A stretch of DNA of 64,000 nt, from positions 278,420-342,419 of the forward strand of contig JBBRMA010000001.1 of assembly GCA_038231075.1 (NCBI GenBank). The letters run 5' to 3'. The DNA is from Myxococcales bacterium. GTDB lineage: Bacteria; Myxococcota; Myxococcia; Myxococcales; 40CM-4-68-19. Every line of letters begins with the position of its first letter. The first letter of the stretch is position 1. The notes below the pieces were generated by a model. That model was given only the letters and a program-made list of their open reading frames with translations, was not told the DNA's origin and searched no databases. Shown here one piece after another: positions 8,966-16,916 of this stretch. The position numbers were made by a program, and so were the translations under genes.

Positions 8966-10291
8966 ATGCCGTTTGACCTCACCATCGCCGAGGGCAAAGG
9001 GCGCGGGCAGCGCTTCTCGTTCGACGCGCCCGACGTCACCATCGGCCGCGGCGCCGAGAACGACGTGGTGCTCTACGACCCCGGCGTCTCGCGCACGCAC
9101 GCGCGCATCCAGCTCCAGGGCGCGGACTATTTCCTCCTCGACAACGGGTCGGCCAACGGGACCGACCTGAACGGCGCCATCATCCAGGGCGCGACCCTGC
9201 TGCACGAGGGCGATCGCATCCGCCTCGGACCCATCCTCTTTCGCTTCGACGCGCGCAAGGCGGCCGCGGCTCCCTCGGACTCGACGCGCATCACCAGCGC
9301 GCCCATCGCGCCAAAGCCACCCGCTGCCGCCGAGCCGCGCCGGGAGGAGACGCGCGTCACCGCCATGCCGGCCGAGCAGGCGCGGCCGGTTGCGCCGAGG
9401 GCTGGCGGGACGCTCGCGGCCGAGAGCTCACCCCTGGCGCAGAAGATCCTGGCGCTGCCCAAGCCCACGCTCCTGGCCGCAGCGGGCGGGCTGGCGCTGC
9501 TGGTCGGCCTCGGCGCGCTGACCCTGGCGCGCTCGAGCAAGCCCCGCGGCACCGAGTGCCCCGAGGTGGTGGCCATCGACGACCACGTGGCCGCGCTCTC
9601 CTTCGGCCGCGGCGAGGTGGACGTTGACTGCGGCAGCAAGGCGGCCTTTGGCTTCACCGCGCCGCCCCGGACCCGCGCGCTCTTCCACTACCTCGGCACG
9701 CGGGTGCAGAAGCCCGACGAGGTCGAGGTCAAGCTCAACGGCAAGCACCTCGGCTGGGTCCCGCCCGCTGCCGGCCGCGGCGAGGAGCAGGTGCTCACGC
9801 TGCCCGACGAGCAGCTCGCCGCCGACGGCCGCAACGTGGTGCAGTTCACCCAGGGCACGCGCGGCAAGGAGTGGTCGATCGCCAAGGTGCGCGTCGAGCA
9901 GCTCGCCATCACGCCGGGCGATCTGGGCCGCGCGCGGCAGGCCTATGACCTCGGACGGCGCAAGCTGGAAGAGCGCCGCGTGGCGCCGCGCAACCTCTAC
10001 GACGCGTGGAAGTATTTCGTCGAGGCGCGCCGCTATCTCGAGGGGCTTTCGCCCCGGCCGCCGCTCTACGGCGAGGTGGCGCAGCTGATCAAGGACGCCG
10101 AGCGCGACCTCGAGAAGGAGTGCGCGCGCATGCTCTTCACCTCGGCGCGCTTCGAGAAGTACGGCCAGGACGACAAGGCGCAGGTGAAGTACCGCGAGGC
10201 GCTGCTCCACTTCCCCGGCGACGACCCGAGCGGCTGCCGCAAGAAAGCCAAGGGCCATCTCGCGTCGCAGCCCGTGGCGGCGAGCGAGTAG
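8966..10291 (+). CDS. FHA-domain protein (N-terminal FHA, one TM, C-terminal extracytoplasmic domain)
   Basis: FHA signature VTIGRGAENDVVLYDPGVSRTHARIQLQGADYFLLDNGSANGTDLNG. Predicted TM LLAAAGGLALLVGLGALTLA. Confidence 0.85.
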   Translation: MPFDLTIAEGKGRGQRFSFDAPDVTIGRGAENDVVLYDPGVSRTHARIQLQGADYFLLDNGSANGTDLNGAIIQGATLLHEGDRIRLGPILFRFDARKAAAAPSDSTRITSAPIAPKPPAAAEPRREETRVTAMPAEQARPVAPRAGGTLAAESSPLAQKILALPKPTLLAAAGGLALLVGLGALTLARSSKPRGTECPEVVAIDDHVAALSFGRGEVDVDCGSKAAFGFTAPPRTRALFHYLGTRVQKPDEVEVKLNGKHLGWVPPAAGRGEEQVLTLPDEQLAADGRNVVQFTQGTRGKEWSIAKVRVEQLAITPGDLGRARQAYDLGRRKLEERRVAPRNLYDAWKYFVEARRYLEGLSPRPPLYGEVAQLIKDAERDLEKECARMLFTSARFEKYGQDDKAQVKYREALLHFPGDDPSGCRKKAKGHLASQPVAASE

Positions 10292-10295
10292 CGCG

Positions 10296-12266
10296 ATGCC
10301 TCCTCCGCCGAACAAGCGCCCGCCGCCGCCCGCCGGCAAGGAGCCCGCCAAGGAGCCGGTCGACGACACCGATCCGGGCGCGCCGATTGACATGCTCAAA
10401 ACGGGGCAGATGCGGGTCAAGCCGCCGCGCCGGCCCGCGCCGCAGCCATCTTCACTGCCGCCCTTGATCGACGACGAGCCGACGCCTCCGGCCGCGACGG
10501 GCGAGCGCACGCTCATCTACGACCAGAACAAGGGCCGCGCGGTGGGCTCGGGCGCCAAGCTCATCATCACCGCGGGGCCGCGCGCCGGGTCCGAGGTGCC
10601 GCTCTCCGACTCGCGCGAGACCAGCATCGGCCGCGGCTCGGAGAGCACCATCGTGGTGCCGGACATCTCGGTCTCGCGCCGGCACGCGGTGCTGCTCAAG
10701 GAGCCCAAGGGCTGGGTGGTGCTCGACCAGGGCTCGGGCAACGGCACGCGCGTCAACGGCCTCGTGATCGGCAAGCACGAGCTCTCCAGCGGCGACGTCA
10801 TCGATCTCGGCGACAGCTCGCTGCAGTTCGTCGAGGCCGGAGGGGTCGCGGTCAAGCCCCCCAAGCGCGCGCCCGGATCCACCTCCACTGGCGCCGCTCC
10901 CTCGTCCGCGGCGCCGTCAAAGCCTGCCGCCATCCGCGCGGGTGGACCTCGCCAAGAGTACTTCGCCGACTCCAAGCCCGAGCACACCAATCCCCGCGGC
11001 ACGGGCCTGCAGAAGCGAACGCCGCTCTACCTCGCGGTGGGCGCCGCGCTCTTGCTCGCCCTGGGCGCGGGCTTCTTGCAGAAGCGGGCCCGCGAGCGCA
11101 ACGAGACCGCCGCGGCGCAGAACACCGGCAGCAAGGCCGCCGGGCAGACCCAGTTCGCCGAGGCCGTCGAGCTGGTCAAGGCAGGCAAGTGGGTCGAGGC
11201 GCGCGACAAGCTCGCCGTGGCCGCCAGCCTGGACGAGAACGACCAAGAGATCCGCCGCTACCTCGCGCGCGCCAGGCTCGAGGCCCCGCGGGCGCAAGCG
11301 GTGACCGCCGCCCGCGAGTCGCTCTCGCGGCGCAACTACAAGGCGGCCCGAGACGCGCTCAGAGCGGTGCCGGAGGATTCGGCGCTCTACGACAAGGCGG
11401 GCGAGATCCTCCAGTCGGTGCGGCTGCAGATGGACCTCGCGATCCACGACGCCAAGGCCAAGGCGGAGTCGGGCGACACCTCGACCGCCGAGGCGCTGCT
11501 CGCGCCGGTGCTTGAAGCGGAGCCCGATCGCCGCGAGGCGCTGGCCGTGCGCGACCTGCTCGGCTCGGGTCGCCGCCGTGCCGCCGGGGTCGCGCGCCGC
11601 GAGGAGGCCGACGAGCGCGACGAGCCTGCTCCCGAGCCCAGGGCGGCGCCCGCCAAGGCGCTGCCCGCGCCGCAAGCTGCCTCGCTCGGGCCGGCCATCG
11701 ACACCTATCTCGCCGGCGACATCGGCTCGGCGATCACGCGCGCGGAGTCTCTCGGCGTCACCGACGCGAGCGCCGCACGGCTGGCCCGCGAGCTGCGCGA
11801 GCTCGACTCCGGCTATCGCGACGGGCTCGCCAAGGCCGACGCCAAGAAGCCGACCGAGGCGCTGCGCGCGCTGGAGGCCGCCGATCTGCTCGACAAGCGG
11901 CTCTCGCAAGGCCGGCCGAGCAAGCTCGGCAAGGAGCTGCGCAAGGTGCTCTCGCGCGTGCACTACCAGCTCGGCGCCGGCTCGATGGGCAGCGACGACG
12001 GCCTGCCGCGCGCCTCCGAGCACCTGCGCGCCGCGGTGCTCGCCGACCCGGGCAACGACCTCGCCAAGCAGCAGCTCGAGCAAGTGGTGGCCCGCGCCAA
12101 GGAGATCTACCTGCGCGGCTATGTCGCCAAGGAGAACGACTCCGAGGCGGCGCGGCAGGCCTTCAAGCTGGTGGTCGAGATCATGCCCGCGGGCGATGCC
12201 ACCAGCGAGAAGGCCAGGCGCTGGCTGGAGAAGCTCGACGGCAAGGGGCCCAAGGAAGACGGCTGA
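10296..12266 (+). CDS. FHA-domain protein with Pro-rich N-terminus, one TM and a TPR-like helical C-terminal region
   Basis: FHA signature TSIGRGSESTIVVPDISVSRRHAVLLKEPKGWVVLDQGSGNGTRVNG. TM LYLAVGAALLLALGAGFL. Starts 4 nt after the previous FHA gene. Confidence 0.85.
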   Translation: MPPPPNKRPPPPAGKEPAKEPVDDTDPGAPIDMLKTGQMRVKPPRRPAPQPSSLPPLIDDEPTPPAATGERTLIYDQNKGRAVGSGAKLIITAGPRAGSEVPLSDSRETSIGRGSESTIVVPDISVSRRHAVLLKEPKGWVVLDQGSGNGTRVNGLVIGKHELSSGDVIDLGDSSLQFVEAGGVAVKPPKRAPGSTSTGAAPSSAAPSKPAAIRAGGPRQEYFADSKPEHTNPRGTGLQKRTPLYLAVGAALLLALGAGFLQKRARERNETAAAQNTGSKAAGQTQFAEAVELVKAGKWVEARDKLAVAASLDENDQEIRRYLARARLEAPRAQAVTAARESLSRRNYKAARDALRAVPEDSALYDKAGEILQSVRLQMDLAIHDAKAKAESGDTSTAEALLAPVLEAEPDRREALAVRDLLGSGRRRAAGVARREEADERDEPAPEPRAAPAKALPAPQAASLGPAIDTYLAGDIGSAITRAESLGVTDASAARLARELRELDSGYRDGLAKADAKKPTEALRALEAADLLDKRLSQGRPSKLGKELRKVLSRVHYQLGAGSMGSDDGLPRASEHLRAAVLADPGNDLAKQQLEQVVARAKEIYLRGYVAKENDSEAARQAFKLVVEIMPAGDATSEKARRWLEKLDGKGPKEDG

Positions 12267-12297
12267 GCCGCGCAGAGGTCGGTTAGACTCGACCTCC

Positions 12298-13713
12298 ATG
12301 CCCGAGCGGCTTCCACCCAGGGGCGGCCCAGCGCCCGCTCCCTCCGCGCAGGTCGACCTGTTCGCGCGCCGCGCCGAGCCGCGCGTCTACTCGGTCACCG
12401 AGATCACCCGCGAGCTGAAGGCCGTGGTCGAGGGCAAGTTCGTGGGGCTCTTGGTCAAGGGCGAGGTCTCGAACCTGCGCCAGCCCTCGAGCGGCCACCT
12501 CTACTTCACGCTCAAGGACACCGAGGCCTGCATCGACGCCGTGCTCTTCCGCACCGAGGCGCGCCGCCTGCGCTTCGCCCTGCGCGCCGGTCTCTCGGTG
12601 CTGGTGCGCGGACGCCTGTCGGTCTTCGAGCAGCAGGGCCGCTACCAGATCATCTGCGATTCGGTCGAGCCGCTGGGCGCGGGCGCTCTGCAGGTCGCCT
12701 TCGAGCAGCTCAAGCAAAAGCTGATCGAAGAAGGCATCTTCGATCCAGCGCGCAAGCGCCCGCTGCCCTTCCTGCCGCGCCGGGTGGCGCTGGTGACGAG
12801 CCCCTCGGGCGCGGTGGTGCACGACTTCTTGCGCGTTCTGCACCGGCGCTTTCCCAACTTGCCGGTGCTGATCGTGCCGGCGCGGGTGCAGGGCGATGGC
12901 GCCGCGGCCGAGATCGCGCGGGCGATCGCGCGGGCGGGCCGGGCGCGCGACATCGACGTCGTCGTCGTGGCGCGAGGCGGCGGCAGCCTGGAAGATCTTT
13001 GGGCCTTTAATGAAGAGATCGTCGCGCGGGCGCTCGCGGCCTGTCCCGTGCCGACCGTGAGCGCGGTGGGCCACGAGACGGATGTGACCATCGCTGACTT
13101 CGCGGCCGACGTGCGCGCGCCCACGCCCACCGCGGCCGCCGAGCTCGTCGCCCGGGTGAAGGACGAGCTGCTGGCCGATCTGGCGGCGCGCAAGGCGAGG
13201 CTGCTCCGCGCCTGGCGCGCGCTGGCCGAGCGGCGCCGGTCCGCGCTGGAGGCTCGCCGGGCGCGCATCGCCGATCCGCGGCGGCTGATCGGCGAGCGGA
13301 AGCTCAAGCTCGACCGGCTCGAGCAGCGCCTGGTCCAGGGCGTGCGCTCTCCCATCGACGACGACAAGCGCGCGGTCGCGTTGCTGGCGGCGCGGCTCGA
13401 GCGGGCGCACCCGCGGGCGCAGCTCTTGCGGCTCGGCAAGCACGCGGCGCAGCTCGAGGAGCGCCTCTTGGCGGCGGCGCGCAAGCAGCTCGCGCAGCGG
13501 CACAAGCGGTTCGAGCAGCTCGCGGGCAAGCTCGACGCGCTCTCGCCGCTCAAGGTGCTCGCGCGAGGCTACGCGGTGGTGTTTGGCGAGGGCGGCCACG
13601 CGCTCCGCTCGGCGCAGGAAGTGTCGCCGGGCCAGGCCTTGCGCGTGCGCCTGCACGACGGCGAGCTCGACGCCGAGGTGAAGAGCGTGCGCAAGGGCGA
13701 CCCCGCGCAGTAG
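12298..13713 (+). CDS. xseA: Exodeoxyribonuclease VII large subunit
   Basis: YSVTEITRELKAVVEGKF...GEVSNLRQPSSGHLYFTLKD...VALVTSPSGAVVHDFL...RGGGSLEDLWAFNEE...VSAVGHETDVTIADFAADVRAPTPTAAAE. The internal ATG at 12298 was chosen because the upstream part of ORF 11512..13713 overlaps the FHA gene and is Arg/Pro-rich junk. Confidence 0.92.
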   Translation: MPERLPPRGGPAPAPSAQVDLFARRAEPRVYSVTEITRELKAVVEGKFVGLLVKGEVSNLRQPSSGHLYFTLKDTEACIDAVLFRTEARRLRFALRAGLSVLVRGRLSVFEQQGRYQIICDSVEPLGAGALQVAFEQLKQKLIEEGIFDPARKRPLPFLPRRVALVTSPSGAVVHDFLRVLHRRFPNLPVLIVPARVQGDGAAAEIARAIARAGRARDIDVVVVARGGGSLEDLWAFNEEIVARALAACPVPTVSAVGHETDVTIADFAADVRAPTPTAAAELVARVKDELLADLAARKARLLRAWRALAERRRSALEARRARIADPRRLIGERKLKLDRLEQRLVQGVRSPIDDDKRAVALLAARLERAHPRAQLLRLGKHAAQLEERLLAAARKQLAQRHKRFEQLAGKLDALSPLKVLARGYAVVFGEGGHALRSAQEVSPGQALRVRLHDGELDAEVKSVRKGDPAQ

Positions 13714-13759
13714 TCGCCCACCCATTGCGCTTTCCCCGCAACGTGGTAGTTGCGCGCTC

Positions 13760-14041
13760 GTGGCCGACCCGACTGGCACAGCGTCTCCTCTTGCGGCAAG
13801 CGCGGACACGGCGACGCCGGGCCGTTATGAAGAGATCGTCCAGCGGCTGGCCAAGGTGGTCGAGCGGCTGGAGGGCGGGGGCATCTCGCTCGAAGAGAGC
13901 ATCGCCGCGTTCGAGGAAGGCATCCGCCTTGCCCGGGCCGGCGCGCAAAAGCTGGAGGAGGCGGAGCGCAAGGTCGAGGTGCTGCTGGCCGATGATCGGG
14001 AAGCGCCATTCAACCCGGACGACGGCGCCCGCGGACGCTGA
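13760..14041 (+). CDS. xseB: Exodeoxyribonuclease VII small subunit
   Basis: [53 protein letters not shown] is the typical XseB helical hairpin. It sits next to xseA. Confidence 0.85.
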   Translation: MADPTGTASPLAASADTATPGRYEEIVQRLAKVVERLEGGGISLEESIAAFEEGIRLARAGAQKLEEAERKVEVLLADDREAPFNPDDGARGR

Positions 14042-14053
14042 GTCGGAAGGCCG

Positions 14054-14491
14054 ATGACGATGATGCCAGCGAAAAAAAAGAAGATCATCATCGTCGACGA
14101 CGACCGTGAGACGCGGGAGATGCTCAAGATGGCTCTCGAGCTCGAGGGCTACGAAGTGAGCCAGGCCGCCAACGGGCTCCGCCTGATCAGCACGCTGCAC
14201 GTCGATCGGCCGGACCTCATCCTGCTCGACGTGATGATGAGCTGGATCGACGGGTTCGAGCTGTGCCGCGCGGTGAAGAAGAACGAGGAGTTCAACTCCA
14301 TCCCGGTGATCTTCATCAGCGCCAAGAAGACGGCGAGCGACGTCCGCACCGGTCTGGCCGCCGGCGCCGCCGACTACTTCTCCAAGCCCATCGACATGGA
14401 GCGGCTGCTGGCGCGCATCGCGGCGCTGGTCGAGCCGCCGCCGACCGCAGCGCCCGTCGGCAGCCCGCCCGCCGAGCGGCCGCACTCCTAG
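14054..14491 (+). CDS. Single-domain response regulator (CheY-like receiver)
   Basis: [16 protein letters not shown]...[23 protein letters not shown]...PVIFISAK...DYFSKPID. Confidence 0.9.
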   Translation: MTMMPAKKKKIIIVDDDRETREMLKMALELEGYEVSQAANGLRLISTLHVDRPDLILLDVMMSWIDGFELCRAVKKNEEFNSIPVIFISAKKTASDVRTGLAAGAADYFSKPIDMERLLARIAALVEPPPTAAPVGSPPAERPHS

Positions 14492-14677
14492 AGCACCGAT
14501 CGGTTTGGTGGACCGATTAGAACGGCCGAGTCGCAAGCAGCGCAAGGAACGACGAGGCGCCGTACTTTCTGTACTGCTGCAACGAGGAGAGACGCGGCGA
14601 TGCGCAGCGAATCGGCCGAGCGGGTTGCCCGCCAACCCGCGGTTCTCCGACGGGAACCAAACCGTTCGGTGCTCTAG
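14488..14677 (+). ncRNA. Candidate structured RNA (6S-like rod with an asymmetric internal bubble); the alternative is a TA-flanked miniature inverted-repeat element. Strand is uncertain.
   Basis: A 22-bp closing stem pairs 14488-14509 with 14656-14677 (one T/T mismatch at 14500/14665). A second 12-bp stem pairs 14523-14534 with 14607-14618 (one mismatch). A 3'-side hairpin GCGGGTTG/CAACCCGC lies at 14620-14640. The element fills the whole gap between the receiver stop and the tlyA GTG (14680) and is less GC-rich than its flanks. Confidence 0.4.
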
Positions 14678-14679
14678 CA

Positions 14680-15417
14680 GTGGCGCGCGTTCGCGCCGAT
14701 CTCCTCGTCCTCGCGCGCGGGCTCGCAGGCACGCGCAGCAGGGCGCAGGCGCTGATCCTCGCGGGGGAGGTGGTGGCCGGCGACCACCGCGTGGACAAAC
14801 CCGGACAGCTCCTCGACGAGGGCGCCGACCTGCGGCTCAAGTCGGACCCCACGGCGCTGCGCTACGTCTCGCGCGGCGGGCTCAAGCTCGAGCGCGCGCT
14901 CGACCACTTCGGGCTCGATCCGCGCGGCCGCATCGCTTGTGACCTGGGCGCCTCGACAGGCGGGTTCACCGACGTGCTGCTGCAGCGGGGCGCGCTGCGG
15001 GTCCACGCGGTGGACGTGGGCTACGGCCAGCTCCACGAGCGGCTGCGGGCCGACCCGCGCGTCGTCATCCACGAGCGGGTGAACGCCCGCTCGCTCAGCC
15101 GCGAGACGCTCGGCGAGGCCTGCTCGGCGGCGGTCGCCGACCTGTCGTTCATCTCGCTCAAGCTGGTCCTCCCTGCGCTCGTCTCGCTGCTCTCGCCCGG
15201 CGCGTTCTGCGCGGTGCTGGTCAAACCGCAGTTCGAGGCTGGGCGCGCCGAGGTGGGCAAGGGCGGGGTGGTCAAGGACCCCGCGGTCCACGTGCGCGTG
15301 GTCGCCGAGGTCGAGCAGGCGCTCGCTGGCCTGGGCGCGCGTGTGCTGGGCAACACTCCCTCGCCGTTGGTCGGGCCCGCCGGCAACCGCGAATTCCTCG
15401 TCGCGGCGGTCGTTTGA
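14680..15417 (+). CDS. tlyA: TlyA-family rRNA 2'-O-methyltransferase (hemolysin A family)
   Basis: VARVRADLLVLARGLAGTRSRAQALILAGEV (S4-like) followed by an FtsJ-like SAM motif CDLGASTGGFTDVLLQRGA..VHAVDVGYGQL. Confidence 0.9.
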   Translation: MARVRADLLVLARGLAGTRSRAQALILAGEVVAGDHRVDKPGQLLDEGADLRLKSDPTALRYVSRGGLKLERALDHFGLDPRGRIACDLGASTGGFTDVLLQRGALRVHAVDVGYGQLHERLRADPRVVIHERVNARSLSRETLGEACSAAVADLSFISLKLVLPALVSLLSPGAFCAVLVKPQFEAGRAEVGKGGVVKDPAVHVRVVAEVEQALAGLGARVLGNTPSPLVGPAGNREFLVAAVV

Positions 15418-15566
15418 CTGGCAGTGAGAATTTCCTTTTTGCCGACTTTTCCAGCAGATGTCACAGGAGGTGGGAATTTACCGAGTGGCGGAACGTTCCC
15501 TCTTGTGAGAAAATACAGCCCTACGGTGCGACTCAGGTCGGCCGGAGCCCAGGGGGGCGATGTTTC
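15418..15566 (+). promoter_or_regulatory. Unusually AT-rich intergenic region upstream of the histidine kinase, probably its promoter/operator region
   Basis: Clear local GC drop. Perfect 10-bp palindrome GGAACGTTCC at about 15492-15501. Repeated GAATTT(A)CC motifs. No confident -35/-10 or -24/-12 match. Confidence 0.25.
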
Positions 15567-16838
15567 ATGCGCGCGCAGTCCCAAAGCCGTGTGCAGGTCG
15601 TCGGCCGCGAAGAAGACGCAAGGCGGCTCGCGGCGCGACTGTCGCGCGCAGGCATCGCGGCCACGGTGGACGATGGCCGCTCGGGCGTCGAGCTCTTCGT
15701 CGCGCTCGAGGGTGAAGAGCTGCCGCCGCTGCGCGAGCGGGCGGAGCTGATCCTGGCCATCGGCTCGCCGGCCGGGCCGCTCTTCGCCGCCGGCGCCGAC
15801 GACGTGGTGCCCGCCGGCGAGCCCGAGCTGCTCTTCCGCCGCGTGGTGGCGCTGCTCGAGCACCGGGCGCTGCTGGCCCGCGCCCGCCGCAGCGACGAGC
15901 GGGCCAAGGCCTTCGAGGAAGCGATGGCCGAGGTCGCTCACGACGTGCGCAGCCCGCTGCACGGGGCGCTCGGCCACGCCGGCCTGCTCGCCAAGGACGA
16001 CACGCTCACCGAGGACCAGCGCACCAGCGCCGCCGCCATCGTCCGCCAGGCCGAGCGCGCGCTGCAGCTGGCCGAGCGCGTGCTCGCGAGCGCCGTCCGC
16101 TCCCAGCGGGTGCCGCTGCGCATCCGGCCCATCGACGTCGCAGAGATGCTCGAGACCGTCGAAGGTGCCGCCCGCGCCACGGCGAAAGAGCGCGGGGTCA
16201 AGCTCACCATCAGCCCTCCGCCCGAGCGGCTGCGCCTGCGCGCCGACGGCGAATTGCTCAGCCGGCTGCTCGACAACTTGATCGCCAACGCGCTCAAGCA
16301 CACTCCGCGCGGAGGCGAGATCGAGGTGGAAGCGCGCCGCGCCGGGCCGACCTCGCTGCGCCTGTCGGTGCGCGACAGCGGCGATGGGATCGCGCCCGAA
16401 GAGCTGCACAAGCTGACCGCGGGCCTCGGCGCTGGCCGCGGGCTGCGCATCTGCCGCGAGATCGCCGAGCGCCACGGCGGCGACCTCTGGGCCGAGAGCA
16501 AGCTGCACCGCGGGACCCGCTTCATCGTCGAGCTGCCGCTCTTGACGGTCAGCACCCGTCCGCGCGTGCTGCTCGTCTCCGATGATGGCCGCTGGACGCG
16601 CGATGTCGCGCTCGCCCTGCGCCACGCGTGCGACGTGCGGACCTCCACCACCGCCGACGCCTCGCTGGCCGGCCGGCGACCGGACCTCGTCATGGTCGAG
16701 TCGCCCGCGCCCGGTGAGGAGCGCAAGCTCGCGCACCTGCGCACCGAGGCCGAGGACGCCAAGGTCCCCGTGGTCGAGCTGCCGCAAGACGTCGCCGCGG
16801 CCAAGCTCGCCTCGGCCCTGGCGCGGCTGGCGAGCTGA
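15567..16838 (+). CDS. Histidine kinase (HisKA + HATPase_c) flanked by degenerate receiver-like domains
   Basis: H-box MAEVAHDVRSPLHGALG. N/G boxes LLDNLIANALKHTPRGG, VRDSGDGI, GLGAGRGLRICREIAERHGGDLW. ATG 15567 follows the purine-rich stretch AGGGGGGCG. The upstream part of ORF 15414 is low-GC with non-coding-like composition. Confidence 0.85.
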   Translation: MRAQSQSRVQVVGREEDARRLAARLSRAGIAATVDDGRSGVELFVALEGEELPPLRERAELILAIGSPAGPLFAAGADDVVPAGEPELLFRRVVALLEHRALLARARRSDERAKAFEEAMAEVAHDVRSPLHGALGHAGLLAKDDTLTEDQRTSAAAIVRQAERALQLAERVLASAVRSQRVPLRIRPIDVAEMLETVEGAARATAKERGVKLTISPPPERLRLRADGELLSRLLDNLIANALKHTPRGGEIEVEARRAGPTSLRLSVRDSGDGIAPEELHKLTAGLGAGRGLRICREIAERHGGDLWAESKLHRGTRFIVELPLLTVSTRPRVLLVSDDGRWTRDVALALRHACDVRTSTTADASLAGRRPDLVMVESPAPGEERKLAHLRTEAEDAKVPVVELPQDVAAAKLASALARLAS

Positions 16839-16878
16839 AAAAAAAGGCACGAGGCCCGCACAGCTCTGGCGTTCGTGC
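16838..16878 (-). terminator. Intrinsic-terminator-like hairpin with a U8 tail when read on the minus strand
   Basis: A8 run at 16838-16845 followed by the GCACGA...TCGTGC hairpin at 16847-16878. On the minus strand this reads as hairpin + TTTTTTTT. No annotated minus-strand gene lies immediately upstream. Confidence 0.3.
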
Positions 16879-16916
16879 TCCTGATAGGAGACCGCCGTCT
16901 GCGCTAGAGTGCCCCC

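Noticed and set aside
8884-8979. 31-codon ORF (MKVPGLPVFDFPLPAQAWLRTLCPSGSHAV) after tadC, considered as a possible Flp pilin
   Set aside because: It has no Flp-type G/xxxxEY processing motif or hydrophobic helix. It overlaps the FHA gene start, and its codon usage is unlike neighbouring genes.
14488-14677. SRP (4.5S) RNA or a simple rho-independent terminator as the identity of the structured element
   Set aside because: AAGCAGCGCAAGG weakly resembles the SRP helix-8 3' strand. The matching 5' strand and a properly closed GNRA tetraloop are missing, and the element is too long. There is no U tract after the closing stem for a simple terminator.
15418-15566. Sigma-54 (-24/-12) promoter at TGGCAGTGAGAATTTCC or TGGCGGAACGTTCCC
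   Set aside because: The GG-N10-GC spacing with TTGC at -12 is not met in either case.
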